Source: an uncultured Acidobacteriota bacterium (GTDB lineage: Bacteria; Acidobacteriota; Vicinamibacteria; Vicinamibacterales; SCN-69-37). Taken from it: DNA of 64,000 bases. Positions 30,882-43,539 of the stretch are shown piece by piece; positions within the stretch are counted from its first letter, which is position 1; the number at the start of each line of letters is the position of its first letter. The notes beneath the pieces are model-generated. The model was not told where the DNA came from, searched no databases, and was given only the letters and a program-made list of their open reading frames with translations. The position numbers were made by a program, and so were the translations under genes. The stretch covers positions 161,852 through 225,851 of the forward strand of contig CAVTYZ010000012.1 in the NCBI GenBank assembly GCA_963739035.1. Reading direction: 5' to 3'.

Positions 30882-33800
30882 TCAGTTCACGACGACCGAG
30901 ACCCGGCGATCGCCCGGATGGCGATCGAGCACGTTGGCCAGCTCGCGCATGACCGGGCGATCCAGCCCCTTGCCCGCCAGCACGATCTCCACGTCCCGCA
31001 CCGCCCTCTCGCGAACGACCTCGAGCGGCGTGATCTCGGTCACCACCAGGCGGCTCGACTCCTCGTCGCGCTCGTACTTGCCGCGCACGAGCAGCATCGC
31101 GTCGTCGACGACGAGGCCGCCGAATCGCGTGAACGCCTCCGGGAACACGACGGTTTCGACCTTGGCCGACTCGTCTTCGAGCATGAACACCGCCATGCGA
31201 TCGCCCTTCGGGTCTTGAGTGGCCGGAGGCCGGTGACGATGCCGGCGATGGCGCAGTCGGCTTCGGACTGCGTCAGCTCGCCCAGCCGTGCGCCCGCCGA
31301 CCGTCGCGAGCGCCTCCGCGTAGCGCTGCAGCGGATGGCCGGTCATGTAGAGGCCGAGCGCCTCCTTCTCGAACGCCAGCGCCTCGGTCTCGGTCCAGGC
31401 CGCCACGACGGGCAGGGCGGCGTCCTCGTCGCGGCGGTCGTCGGCCTCTGCGTCGCCGCCGAAGAGCCGCGACTGGCCCTGGTCGCGATCGCGCTGATGG
31501 CGGCCGCCGTGATCGAGGATGCGGTCGAGCGCGGCGAGCAGCCGCGGCCGCCACGCCAGATACGCCGCGCGGCCGCCCGGCGCGAGCGAGTCGAACGCGC
31601 CGGCCTTGACCAGGCTCTCGAACACCTTCTTGTTCACGAGCCGCAGGTCGACGTGCTCGGCCAGCTCGAAGAGCGACGTGATGCGGCCGCCGAGCGCCTG
31701 TCGCGCGCGCCAGGATCGACTGAATCGCGCCCTCGCCGGCGCCCTTCACCGCGCCCAGGCCGAACCGCACGCCGTCCGGCTCGACGACGAACTGCCAGCG
31801 GCTGGCGTTGATGTCCGGCGGCAGCACCGGCACGCCGAGCTCGCGGCACTCGGCCAGGTACAGCGCGACCTTGTCGGAGTTCTGCGACTCGATCGTCAGC
31901 AGCGCCGCCATGAAATGGCGCGGGTAGTTCGCCTTGAGATACGCGGTCTGATACGCGAGCAGCGCGTAGGTCGTCGAGTGCGCCTTGTTGAAGCCGTAGC
32001 CGGCGAAGTACTCGATGAACTCGAAGATCTTGGCGGCCTTCTTCTCGGGGATGTCCGCGCGCGGCAGCCGCTCGATGAACGCGTCGCGCTGCGCCTGCAT
32101 CTTCGCCGCGTCCTTCTTGCCCATCGCGCGCCGCAGCTCGTCGGCCTGGCCCAGCGTGAACCCGGCCAGCTCGCTCGCCAGCCGCATGACCTGCTCCTGA
32201 TACGCGATGACGCCGTACGTCTCCTTGAGGACGGGCTCCATCTGCGGCAGGTCGTACTTGACCTCGACGCGGCCGTGCTTGCGCGCGATGTAGTCGTCGA
32301 CGACGCCGCCGCGCAGCGGCCCCGGCCGATACAGCGCGTTGAGCGCGATCAGGTCCTCGAGGCACTGCGGCTTGGCCTTGCGCAGCGTGTCGCGCATGCC
32401 CGAGCTCTCGAACTGGAACACGCCGTGCGTCTGGCCGTTCTGGAAGATCTGGTAGCTCTTCGCGTCGTCGAGCGGGAGCTCCATCGAGGTCGATGTCGTC
32501 GCCCGTCGTCTCCTTGATGTGCTTGACGGCGTCGTCGAGCAGCGTGAGCGTGCTCAGGCCGAGAAAGTCCATCTTCAGCAGACCGACGCGCTCGATCTCC
32601 TTCATCGCCCACTGCGTCGTGATTTCGCCGTCGTCCTTCTGGCTCCGATACAGCGGCACGAACTCGGTCAGCGGCTTCGGCGCGATGACGACGCCGGCGG
32701 CGTGCACCGACGCGTGGCGCGTCATGCCCTCGAGCCGCCGGGCGACCTCGAGCAGCTCGTGGACGCGCGGGTCGTTCTTGTCGAGGTCGGCGAGCGCCGG
32801 CGCTTCCTCGAGCGCCAGGTCGAGCGTCATGTCGAGCTGGCTCGGGATGAGCTTGGCGACCCGGTCCACGTCCGAGATCGGCATCTCCATGACGCGGCCG
32901 ACGTCGCGCACGGCCGCCTTGGCCTTCATCGTGCCGAACGTGATGATCTGCGCGACGTTCTCGCGGCCGTACTTCTCCGTGACGTACGTGATGACCTCGC
33001 CCCGCCGGCGCTCGCAGAAGTCGACGTCGATATCGGGCAGCGACACGCGCTCCGGGTTCAGGAACCGCTCGAAGTACAGGTCGAAATGCAGCGGATCGAC
33101 GTCGGTGATCTTCAGCGAATAGGCGACGAGGCTGCCGGCCGACGACCCGCGGCCCGGGCCCGACCGGAATCCCCTGCTCGCGCGCATACCGGATGAAGTC
33201 CCAGACGATCAGGAAGTACCCCGGATACTTCATCTGCTTGATCAGCTCGATCTCGTAGGTCAGGCGGCTCTCGTAGTCGCTGATCGGCCGGCGAAGCTCG
33301 CCGCGGCTGGCGTTTTCGTGGAGTCGCGGAAGTCTCGCGGCGAATCCCTCGCGCGCGACGTGCTCGAAGTAGGAGTCGACGGTGTAGCCCGGCGGCACGG
33401 CGAAGTTCGGCAGGTGCGCCTCGCCCTTCGGCAACTTCACGTGGCAACGCTCGGCGATGCGCATCGTGTTCGCGAGCGCCTCGGGGTAGTCGCCGAAGAC
33501 CTGCCACATCTCGTCGCCGGTCTTGAGGAAGAACTGGTCGCCGTGGTACCTGCAGCCGCTTCTCGTCGCTGACGCTCTTGCCCGTGCCGATGCACAGCAG
33601 CACGTCGTGCGGATGCCGGTCGCTCTGCCGCAGATAGTGCACGTCGTTCGTGCACACGAGCGGCAGATCGAGCTCCTTGGACAGCGGCACGAGACCGGTG
33701 TTCACGATCCGCTGCTCGTCGATGCCCTGGTACTGCATCTCGAGGAAGAAGTTCCCCGGCCCGAGGATGTCGCGATAGCTCGCCGCCGCCTCGAGCGCCT

Positions 33801-34264
33801 TGCGCGTCTGGTCGGTGCGAATCCTCGTCGCCACCTCGCCTTTCAGGCAGCTGCTGAGGCCGATGAGCCCGCGCGAGTGCGCCGCGAGCAGCTCTTTGTC
33901 GATGCGCGGCTTGTAGTAGAACCCGTCCGTGTAGCCGGACGACACGAGCTTGATGAGGTTGTGGAATCCCTCGTTCGTTTCCGCAAGGAGGACGAGGTGG
34001 TTCGCCGTTTCACCCGGCTGTCCTGACCGGTCGGTCCGGCTGCCGGGAGCGACGTAGACCTCGCAGCCCGAGGATCGGCTTGATGCCGCGCTTCTCGGCC
34101 GCGTCGTGGAACGTCACGGCGGAGAACATGTTGCCGTGCTCGGTGACGGCCACGGCCGGCATCTTCAGCTCGGCCGCGCGATCGAGCAGTTCCCCGATTC
34201 GGCACGCGCCGTCGAGCAGCGAAAACTCGGTGTGCAGGTGCAGGTGGACGAAGTCTGTGGCCAT
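30882..34264 (-). CDS. dnaE: DNA polymerase III alpha subunit; frame-broken
   Basis: ATG at 34264: [47 protein letters not shown] (PHP domain). The remainder is spread over ORFs 33112..33945, 32349..33509, 31634..33187, 31273..32484 and 30882..31637 (e.g. [22 protein letters not shown]-type segment, [42 protein letters not shown]). Confidence 0.9.
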
Positions 34265-34335
34265 CGTTTCCTGGTTGCTCCCGGGCCCCACCCCGCTCGC
34301 ACTGCTCAGCGCCGCTCCTGCCCGTCGCGCTTCGC

Positions 34336-35874
34336 TTACTCCCACTCGATCGTGGCCGGCGGCTTCGAGCTGATGTCGTAGACCACGCGATTGATGCCGC
34401 GAACCTCGTTGACGATCCGCGAGGAAATGCTGCCGAGCAGATCGTGCGGCAGCCGTGCCCAGTCCGCCGTCATGCCGTCCTTGCTTTCGACCGCCCGAAT
34501 GGCCACCGTGTACTCGTAGGTGCGCTCGTCGCCCATCACGCCGACGCTCTGGACCGGCAGCAGCACCGCAAACGACTGCCAGAGGCGACGGTACCATCCG
34601 GCCTTCCGGACCTCGTCGGCGACGATGGCATCTGCGCGCCGCAGCAGATCGAGCCGCTCGCGCGTCAGCGGCCCGACGACCCGGACCGCGAGCCCGGGAC
34701 CCGGGAACGGCTGCCGCCAGATGAACTCGTCGTCGAGCCCGAGCGTCGCACCGACCGCCCGGACCTCGTCCTTGAACAGCGCGCGCAAGCGGCTCGACCA
34801 GCTTGAACTTCATGCGATCGGGCAGCCCGCCCACGTTGTGATGGCTCTTGATGGTCGCGGACTGGCCGACCACCGACACGCTCTCGATGACATCGGGATA
34901 CAGCGTGCCCTGGGCGAGGAAGTCGAAGTCGCCAAGCTCCTTCGCCCGCGTCTCGAACACGTCAATGAACGCCGCGCCGATGATCTTCCGCTTGCGTTCG
35001 GGATCGGTCACGTCCTGCAGCCGCTCCAGGAACAAGTCGGACGCGTCCACGAACTCCAAGCTGCAGTCCCAGGCGCGCGAATCGGGTCCGCACCTGCTCG
35101 GCCTCGTTCAGGCGAAGCAGCCCGTTGTCCACGAAGATGCACGTCAGACGCGAACCGAGCGCCTTGTGCAGGAGCACGGCGGCGACCGTCGAGTCCACGC
35201 CGCCCGAGAGCCCGCACACGACGCGCCCGTCTTTGACGGTGTCGCGAATGCGGCCGATGCTCTCGTCCACGAAGGACGTCATCGTCCAGTCGCCGGTGCA
35301 CCCGCACACGTCGTAGGCGAAGTTGCGAAGGATATCGGTGCCGCTGTCCGTGTGGGCGACCTCGGGGTGGAACAGCAGCGCATAGAAATCCCGGCCCGTG
35401 TCCTGCATCGCGGCCACGGGTGCGTTGGCCGACGTGGCGACGACGTCGAAGCCGGCCGGCGCGGCCGCCACGAAATCCCCGTGGCTGGCCCAGACTCGCA
35501 AGCGAGCCAGGCAGGCCCTTGAAGAGCCGGCCCTCGGCCGCCAGCGTGACCGTCGCCAGTCCGAACTCGCGATGCGGCGCGCTCGCGACCTGACCACCAA
35601 GCTCGTCGGTCATGAGCTGCATGCCGTAGCAGATCCCGAGCGTGGGCGTGCCGAGCGCAAGAATTCCAGGGTCGGTGCGCGGCGCGCCGGGCTCGGACAC
35701 GCTCCGCGGACCGCCAGAAAAGATGATGCCGACCGGATTCCGTCGCTTGATCTCCGTCGCGGAGGTGCTCGGGGGCAGAATCTCCGAGTAGACGGCCAGC
35801 TCGCGCAGACGGCGCGCAATCAGCTGTGTGTACTGCGAGCCGAAATCCAGAACGACGATGGTTTGATGTGTCAC
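34336..35874 (-). CDS. guaA: GMP synthase (glutamine-hydrolysing); frame-broken
   Basis: GTG at 35874: [33 protein letters not shown]...[10 protein letters not shown] (GATase). ATP-PPase segment [22 protein letters not shown] (ORF 34962..35600). C-terminus [13 protein letters not shown] (ORF 34336..34788). Confidence 0.9.
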
Positions 35875-35924
35875 GAGACGCCGGACTGCAATGACGAGGC
35901 CGAAAGCTCCTCGAAGAACATCGC

Positions 35925-35939
35925 TATTATAAGCGTGTG
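35925..35939 (+). promoter_or_regulatory. -10-like TATTAT 6 nt upstream of GTG 35937 (possible leaderless start). The overlapping minus-strand TATAAT (35926-35931) is a candidate guaA -10.
   Basis: Read directly: cgcTATTATaagcgtGTG. The reverse complement contains TATAAT about 50 nt upstream of the guaA GTG. Confidence 0.35.
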
Positions 35940-37123
35940 ACCCTCGGGCGGACCACGAGATGTTGGGGTGTCGCGGTCGCCGTCGGGCTCCTGCTACCCG
36001 TCGAGCACCCGGTCGCCGCCGATCAGGGCACCAAGGTTCCCGCGCCGTTTCCCAGTTCCAGCGCCGGCTTCCAGTTCTCAACCGGCTCCGACGTCCCCTG
36101 CCGAAAAAAACCAGGACGCCGATTCGTATGCCTCCGCGTGGACCGTCCCGTTTTCCGGCGATGGCCCACTGAGCCTGACGTTCACAGGGTCCAATCTCAT
36201 CCTTGCTGGCAGCCAGATTGCCACTGAGGCGCGCGCGCTCGACGATGGCCGCGTGCTGTGGACCTCGAAACGCGCATCGGACGCGGCGCCGGTTGTCGCC
36301 GGCCAGCTGTTGCTCGCGCCCTCGCATGGTCAACTCGTCGCGCTCGACGCCTCGACCGGAGCTGACGTCTGGACGGCCGAATTCACAGGCGCCGTTCGTG
36401 CGTCCCGTCGTCGTCGGCGATACGGTGCTTCTGGCGACCGGGACGACGCTCACGTCCCGCCGGGTTGCCGACGGAGCTCCACTCTGGGCCGCCAACCTTG
36501 GCGCCAACGCCATCGCCCCGCCCGCCGCCGGCGAGGCCCTGGTTGTCGTGGCGCTCGACGATCGGACGCTCGCCGCGTTCGACCGGACGACCGGAACGCC
36601 GGTGTGGCGAGAGCCAACCGATCTCACGGCGCTCTCCATGACCGTGCTCGGCGACCGTGTCTACGCCAGTGTCGCGGAAGGCCTGGCCTGCGCCTACAAG
36701 CTCGAACACGGCCGCCAGGACTGGTGTTTTCCGGTCCGGGTCAGGCCGATTGGCGCGCCGGTCGGCGACGCGCGCCAGGTCTACTTCGCCTTCCTCGACA
36801 ACATGGTTCACGTCTTCGACCGGCGGAGCGGCCGGCGGTACTTCACGCCGTCGCTCGACGCGTTGCCCGCCGCCGGACCGACGCTGACCAGTGACTACCT
36901 CGTGGTGCCGGTTGTCACCGGCGAGTTCGTGCTGCTCGCGCTTCGCGACCGGTTTCTGCCATCGCGCGTCTCGACACCGCGAGCGCTCGAGTTGCCGTCG
37001 ACGCGCGCAGCGGCGGTCGCAGGCGATGGAAGCGCGCTCGCGATGGTGATCGCCTCGGCAGGCGGCCGATACTCGCTCGTCTATTTCAGTCGGAAGCCGG
37101 GAAGACGAACCGCCGCAGGGTGA
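35937..37123 (+). CDS. Exported PQQ-like beta-propeller repeat protein (BamB/YfgL-like fold); frame-broken
   Basis: Signal-like start (ORF 35937..36227). Propeller-type repeats: DGRVLWTSK...GQLVALDASTGADVWTAEF (ORF 35968..36894) and LAAFDRTTGTPVWRE...VYASVAEGLACAYKLEHGRQDW...VHVFDRRSGR (ORF 36203..37123). Confidence 0.5.
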
Positions 37124-38085
37124 CGAAGGGAAGAAAAGCGACGGTACTGCGTCTGATACGCCGCCAGCGCCGACAACTCCATGAACTGGAACACCAATCC
37201 GCGCGCGAACCACGCGGCGGTTTGAAGCGGCACGACGACCAGGCTGACGAACGGCACCCACGCAATCACTGCGACACCGGCCGCGGCGAGGAGTGACGCG
37301 GCCGTGGCGACGACGACCAGGCCACCCATCACCGCGAAGATCCCGATCACCTGGCGCGAGTCTTCGACGACGAAGGTACGCAGCCGCGCCGCAGCGGTTC
37401 CGACCGCGCAGTCATCCGTCACGATGATGACCTGCAGAAGATCGTAGGCAAGATTCACGATGGCAATCGTCACGACGCCGACGGCCGTGGCCACCAGCAC
37501 CAGCAGCGGCCAGGCCGAGATCCAGGTCACCCTGACCGCCATCGACAGCCCGTAGACGACGGCCGCGAGATAGATGCCGCCAACGATGACGTAGAGCCCA
37601 CCAAGCCAGAGCGCGAGCGTGATCGCGCGGCGCCCGAAGTGACGAGCGCCCTCGTACACCTTCTCGACACTGAAGGTCGCGGCCGTGCGAATCGACTCGG
37701 CGCCAATCGGGAGCATATGCACGTCGGCGGCGCGCTCGTCGCTCGTGACGACGACCGTCAGCGTGCCAATGCGACAGGCGAAGACGATGGCCTGCCCGCC
37801 GATGCCAACCAGTCCGAGGGCCACGAAAAACGAGGTCAGGGCGGCGGGTGCCGTGGCCAGCGCGCCAACAACCAGGTCCGCCGTGCTCTGCAGCCCCTCC
37901 CCGACCAGCGACCCGGGTTCCGTGCCGGCGACGGCCGCCACCATGAGCGCACCGCCGAGGATCGGGACGGCGAGCGCGACGCGATAGAAGGAATCGAGCG
38001 CGAAGTGAATCAGGACAAGCGGCCAGTTGGCCATGGCCACGACGGCGCCGTGCTTGAGCGCCGCCCGGAGCGGGAGTGTTTCCAT
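37081..38085 (-). CDS. Hypothetical polytopic membrane protein (about 334 aa), no family recognised; intact
   Basis: ATG at 38085 (METLPLRAALKHG...) inside ORF 37081..38268. Several long hydrophobic stretches (WPLVLIHFALDSFYRVALAVPILGGALMVAAV, LALWLGGLYVIVGGIYLAAVVYGL, WPLLVLVATAVGVVTIAIVNLAY). No frame break over 1 kb. Confidence 0.6.
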   Translation of the reverse strand: METLPLRAALKHGAVVAMANWPLVLIHFALDSFYRVALAVPILGGALMVAAVAGTEPGSLVGEGLQSTADLVVGALATAPAALTSFFVALGLVGIGGQAIVFACRIGTLTVVVTSDERAADVHMLPIGAESIRTAATFSVEKVYEGARHFGRRAITLALWLGGLYVIVGGIYLAAVVYGLSMAVRVTWISAWPLLVLVATAVGVVTIAIVNLAYDLLQVIIVTDDCAVGTAAARLRTFVVEDSRQVIGIFAVMGGLVVVATAASLLAAAGVAVIAWVPFVSLVVVPLQTAAWFARGLVFQFMELSALAAYQTQYRRFSSLRHPAAVRLPGFRLK

Positions 38086-38113
38086 CGACGACGGGGTTCG
38101 AGGCCGGCCGGCG

Positions 38114-38122
38114 AGTATAGCA
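38114..38122 (-). promoter_or_regulatory. Extended -10-like element TGCTATACT upstream of the 37081..38085 membrane-protein gene
   Basis: The minus strand reads gcTGCTATACTcgccgg, about 30 nt upstream of the ATG at 38085. Confidence 0.3.
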
Positions 38123-38156
38123 GCCCGGCACGAAGGGCGCGCCGCCGCGGCTTTTT

Positions 38157-41100
38157 GTGTATTCTCGATTCGATGCGTCGCCACGGTCACTGAACGTGTC
38201 GCCTCCGTTACGATTCGTCGGCGCCGCAGGTGCGCTCGCTCTCGTCCTGGCGGCCGGCGGCGCGGCATGTGAGCTCAGCCGGTTCGGCGCGAGCGATGCG
38301 GCCGCCGTCTCGGCATCTCGAACGCGAGGTTCGCCAGCAGATCGACCGCCGCGCCGCGCGCGTTCAGGCCCTCGCCGAGAGCGTCGTCGCGCAATCCGCA
38401 ATTGATCGCGGACGCGATCGCCTCGCGCGACGCTCTGCCCGCCCTGTTTGCGCGCCTCGCCGCGCTCGTCCCTCCTGACGCACTCGATCCGGATACCGTC
38501 ACGATTTACGTGTCCGACCGTCCGGGGACGAACCGGGTGCTCGCGTGGAGTGACGGCCCGGCCGGCAGCGTCGATCCTGATCTGCTGAATGGCGCGGCGA
38601 CGCTCTTCGTCGCGCAGAGGATCCGCAGGACTGCGGCTCATGTTCATCCAGCCGCTCGAGACCGGCGGGCGACGGCTGGCGGTCGCGGTCGCCGAGACCG
38701 TGCTCGCCTCAGCGGCGCAGGGCGGCGCGACGCTGTTCCCCACGTCCTACGGCAACGTGACGATCGTGCCGCCGCCGTACGCCGGGGCCGCCTCGCTCAC
38801 GGCGGCGGACGGGTTCGTCGTGAGCTCGCCGGCAGGAGGGACGCTGCTCGAGGTTCGCTTCCGGCCCGCCGATCCGGCCGCGGGCCGGCGGGAGATTCGG
38901 CAGGCGCGCGATCGCGCCTGGCTGCGCTGCCGCTCGCGCTGAGCGTGCTCGTCGGCGTCGGCCCGTTCATCGATCGGCGGCGGCGCGCCCGACGGATCGC
39001 GGCGTGGCTCGGCTGGTCGTTCGCCGCCGTTTCCACGGTGGCCGCGGCCGGCCTGGCGCTCGCGGCGCTCGCAGCCTTTGCGAACCTGCCGGTCACGGCA
39101 CGCACGGCGATCCTCGTCGTGGCCGCCGTCGCGGCGTCGCGATCGTTCCAGGCGGCTGGTGGTGGCGCGCAAGCGGGCGCACGCTCCCTTCGGCGGCGCC
39201 GGTTCGCTTCATCGTCGAGCAGTCGACCGCCGGCTGTGCTCGATCGCGGCGAGCATCGGCGGAACCGCCTGGCTCGTCGCGCGCAGAATTCAGCCCGAAC
39301 GTCTGGCGAGTTGGAGCTCCGCGATTTTCCCGCTCGACCTCGACGGGCCTCGTGGAAATCTGGACGCTGCTGCTCCTGGTGCTCGCGATTTGTTGGGGCA
39401 CGGCCGCGGTGCTCGGCGGCATCAGCGCCACGATGGCGACTCGGGGTGCGCCGGCCCGCGACAGTCGTCGCAATCCTGCTGTGGCTCGATGCCACTCGCG
39501 GCGTTTGTCGCGACAACCGGGAATTGGGTGCCACGGGGCCCGGCCGCCGTGCTCCTGACGAGTTACGTTGCGTTCGCGCTCCTGGCGACCTGGCTCCGGC
39601 GCTACTACCGGCATGCCACGCAGTCCATGCGCCTGGTGCTCGGATTCGCCGCGCTGCTGGCGCCCTTCGTCGCGGTCTACCCGATGACGGCGGTGCTGGT
39701 CGAGCGAACGACTCGCACTGTCATCGAGCGCGACTACGCCCCTCAGACCGCCGGTCAGTCCGAGGACATCCGCGCGATGTCTGCTCGAAACGCAGGATCA
39801 GATCGACCGAATGTCGAACCTGCCGGCCCAGGTGCGGCTGCGGCGCGGGTCAGCCAGTCGAAAGCCTGACGGCCTTCCTTGTCTGGACGAGCACCAGCCT
39901 GTCGCGGACCCGTGTCGTGTCGGACATCGAGCTCTACGGACCGGACCGCGCGCTGATCAGCCGGTTCACGCTCGAATCTGCCGGACTACCTCTATCGTGC
40001 AAGCGCGCGCACCTGGGAGGGCACGGATTGTCTGTGGGAGGTGTCAGGTGACGTCACGCGTTTCGCGCGCGACGGACCGCACGATGCTCCACGCGCAACG
40101 TGGCCTGTGCGACGCGAAGCGGTACCGGTGGTCGGCGCCGTCGTGCTGCACGTCGCCCCGACCGACTTCCGCGCGCTGCCCTTCGTGTCCGCGCCCAATC
40201 CGTACGGCGCCGTCCTCGGCATGGCCCCGCTCGCGGCCGCGCCGACGCCTGCCCGGCCTGGAAGTGGTCGTCTACGGGTGGAGCTTGCAGCCGCTCTTCA
40301 CGTCGAGGCGGCATCGGCGTGGTCAGTGGACCCGTCGCTGTTCGACGCGGCTGTACCGGGACGGCAGCCCGTTCTGGGCGACGCGTGAAGCCGAGGGCCG
40401 GCGATATCACGTGCACTTCGTCCAGAATCGGGCCGGGAATTTATGCGCTCGGCTATCCGGGACTCACGGCGTTCGAGCACGCGGAGCGGCTGGCGGAGAT
40501 TGTCGCCGTCACCGCCGTGCTGTTCGTGCTCATCCAGCTCGGCGGCCATGGTGTACGCCCCGATCGCGGCGCAGGCCGAATGCGCCGCTCCGCGTGCTGC
40601 TTCACGAGATCCGCACGAGCTTCTACCGCAAGCTGTTTCTGTTCTTCGTGTTCGTGGCCATCGGACCGCTGCTGCTGTTCACGGTGGCGTTCGGCGCCTA
40701 CATGGACGCGAAGTTTCGCGCCGACGTCGAAGCCGAGGCCGAGACCGTCGTCACCGCGGCGCGCCGGGTCTTCGAGCAGGTGGCCTCGGCCGAGGAGCCT
40801 GTCGGCCAGCGGACTCGTGCCGCTCACCGATGACCTGATGGTCTGGATTCGGCAGCTCATCGACCAGGACGTCAATCTCTTCGAAGGCTCCGAGCTCGTC
40901 GCGACGAGCCAGCGTGATCTGTACAACTCGGGACTACTCCCACGCGCACGCCGGCAGTGCTGTACCGGCGCATCGCGCTCGAGCGGTTGCCGACCTTCGT
41001 CGCCGAGGACCAGTCAGTACCTCGCGGCGGCGAAGTCCGCTGCCGGCCCGCGGTCCCGAAGCCGTCCTGAGCGTGCCGCTGGCGTCTCGCCAGCGCGAAA

Positions 41101-42067
41101 TCGAGCTCGAAAGCGACGAGCTCTATCGCGGCGTGCTCGTCGGATCGGTCGTCGTCGTGCTCTTCGCCGCGGGTCTCGGCGCGTGGTTCGCGAGCCGTGT
41201 CTCCGATCCGGTCTCGCGGTTGACCAGGGCCACACGGCTCATCGCGGCTGGCCGCCTCGATGTCCGAATTGCCGCCGATACCGCCGACGAGCTGCGGCGG
41301 CTCGTCGACGACTTCAACACGATGACCGCGACACTCGTGGCGCAGCGCGCCGAGCTCGCGCGCGCCAATCAGCTCAAGGCGTGGAACGAAATGGCGCGCC
41401 AGGTCGCGCACGAAATCAAGAATCCGCTGACGCCCATCCAGCTCGCCGCAGAGCACCTGCAACGCGTTCACATCGATCAGGGCCGCCCGCTCGGCTCGGT
41501 CTTCGATCAGTGCGTGGACACGGTCCTCGAGCCAGGTCCGGCTGCTCCGCCGGATTGCGTCGGACTTCGCCAACTTTGCCGCCGAGCCGAAACCGAAGCT
41601 CGAGCGCGTCGCGATCGGCCGCGTGATCGAGGACGTGGTCGGCCCGTACCGACTCGGGCTTCCGAATCGCTTCGACGTGCGAACGGACGTCGCCGCCGGG
41701 CCTGCCGCCGGCGTCCGGCGATCGCACGATGCTGCAACGTGCGCTGACCAATCTCGTCGAGAACGCGATTCAGGCGATGCCGACCGGCGGCGCGCTCCGC
41801 GTCCACGGCCGAGGCGGCGGACGGCCACGTCGTCGTGACCGTCGCGGACACCGGCGTGGGGATGGACGAGGCCGCGCTGGCGCGCGCGTTCGAGCCGTTC
41901 TTTTCGACCAAGACCGGTGGCAGCGGGCTCGGACTCGCGAACGCGCGGCGGAGCGTCGAGCTTCAGGGCGGGACCATCGCGCTCGCCAGCGCGCCTGGCG
42001 TCGGAACGACCGTGACGATCAGCGTTGCGGGCGGCGGCTGCCTCCCGATGCGCCCGCAGACGCGTGA
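38157..42067 (+). CDS. Very large NtrY-like sensor histidine kinase (multi-TM N-terminal region, HAMP, HisKA, HATPase_c); heavily frame-broken, ends approximate
   Basis: TM-rich N-terminal segments in ORFs 38157..38405, 38402..40051 and 39078..39869. Segment LLHEIRTSFYRKLFLFFVFVAIGPLLLFTVAF (ORF 39811..40833). HAMP plus H-box: VSDPVSRLTRATRLIAAGRLDVRI...DELRRLVDDFNTM...WNEMARQVAHEIKNPLTPIQL (ORF 40914..41747). N/G boxes: LTNLVENAIQAMP and VADTGVGMDEAALARAFEPFFSTKTGGSGLGLA (ORFs 41729..42067 and 41835..42179). Confidence 0.6.
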
Positions 42068-42785
42068 GGCCCATCTCGACGAATGCCGACAGCAGGTACG
42101 TGTACGCGAGGATGACCAGCGTGACGCGCGGCTCGGTCGCAATGAGCGCGATGAGCACCCGCGATCACGAAGACGTTGATGTAGGACAGGCTCCAGCCGA
42201 AGTTGATCGTCTTGAAGCTCCGGAAGCGGATGGTGCTCACCATCAGCGCCGCGGGAACCAGCACGACCGCCATCGCGGCGATGGCCAGTGACTTGTCCAC
42301 CAGCGGATACGGCCAGGCGAAGACGGTCGACGCGACCACCCGGCCGCCGGCGGCGAGGGCATGCCGACGAAGTACCGCTTGTCGAGCACGTGCCCGGCGA
42401 TTGAATGTTGAACCGCGCAAGCCGCACCGCGGCCGCGGTCACGTACAGGAAACCCGCGGCCCACCCGATCGCGGCCGAGCTCGGACAGGCCCCACGCGAA
42501 CGCCAGGACGGCCGGCGCGACGCCGAACGAGATGATGTCGGCGAGCGAATCGAACTCCAGCCCGAACGCGCTGGTCGTCCTGGTCATCCGCGCGATTCGG
42601 CCATCGAGCATGTCGAGGACGACCGCAAAACCGATGAAGGGCGCGGCGCTGACCAGGTCGTCGCGCATCGCGAACATGATGCAGGCGTAGCCGCAAAACA
42701 TGTTGCCGACGGTGAAGATGCTCGGCAGCAGATAGATGCCGCGTCGAAATGCCGAGGGTCCGCCTGTAGTCGGGACGCTCCACAA
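42019..42785 (-). CDS. pssA: CDP-diacylglycerol-serine O-phosphatidyltransferase; frame-broken
   Basis: ORF 42243..42785 contains LLPSIFTVGNMFCGYACIMFA...AVVLDMLDGRIARMTRTTSAFGLEFDSLADIISFGVAPAVL (CDP-alcohol phosphatidyltransferase motif). C-terminal TM segments in ORFs 41963..42442, 42019..42420 and 40872..42158. Confidence 0.75.
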
Positions 42786-42791
42786 TCTCTT

Positions 42792-43447
42792 TCACGCTCG
42801 GACGCCCATGAGGCGCGCGATGACCGTCTCACCGCCGCGCACCTGGTCTCCCTGTTTCACGAGCACCTCCGCGGTCTCCGGCATGAACACGTCCATGCGG
42901 GATCCGAACTTCATCAATCCAATGCGTTGGCCCGGAGCGAGCACGTCGCTCTGACGGACCCGGCAGACCACCCGGCGGGCCAGGCGTCCCGACGACCTGC
43001 CGGGCGACGACCTGCTACTCCATCATGATCGATCCAGATCTCCGAGTGCTCGTTGCGGTGCGAATCGTGGCGAAACGCCGGCGCGAAAGGTGCCCGGCAC
43101 GTGGACGCGACCTTCGGTCACCCGGCCGGCACCGGCGTCGCGGTTGATGTGCACGTCGAGCGGCGACAGAAAAATCGTCACCTGCTGCCACCGGCCCGGG
43201 GGCGCCTCCTCCGGCCTGGCCGGTCCCGTGTGCATGACCTTCCCGTCGGCCGGCGACAGCACGACCGACGGGTCGGTCGGCGACGTGCGGTCCGGGATCG
43301 CGGAAGAACAGCGCCATGAGCATCGGGCAGCGCGGCAAGCGCCCACGTCAGCGCCGGCGGGCCCACCCAGAGCGAACGACCGCGGCGGCACGGCGGCCAG
43401 CGACGACGAATGGCGTCGCAGCGCGATCGATGCCCATTCGCTGAAGA
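42792..43447 (-). CDS. psd: Phosphatidylserine decarboxylase (short, archaetidylserine-decarboxylase-like type); frame-broken
   Basis: FFRDPDRTSPTDPSVVLSPADGKV...VTIFLSPLDVHIN (ORFs 43015..43338 and 43023..43391). The C-terminal segment GLMKFGSRMDVFMPETAEVLVKQGDQVRGGETVIARL is read in another frame and ends at the TGA at 42792-94. It lies directly upstream of pssA. Confidence 0.7.
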
Positions 43448-43539
43448 CAGACTACTCGCGCTGTACGCGACGCCTTCGCCGAGCGACGTCACAGTTCGCC
43501 CCTTCGGCGAGCGACGATCGCGCCGACGACGACCTACTG

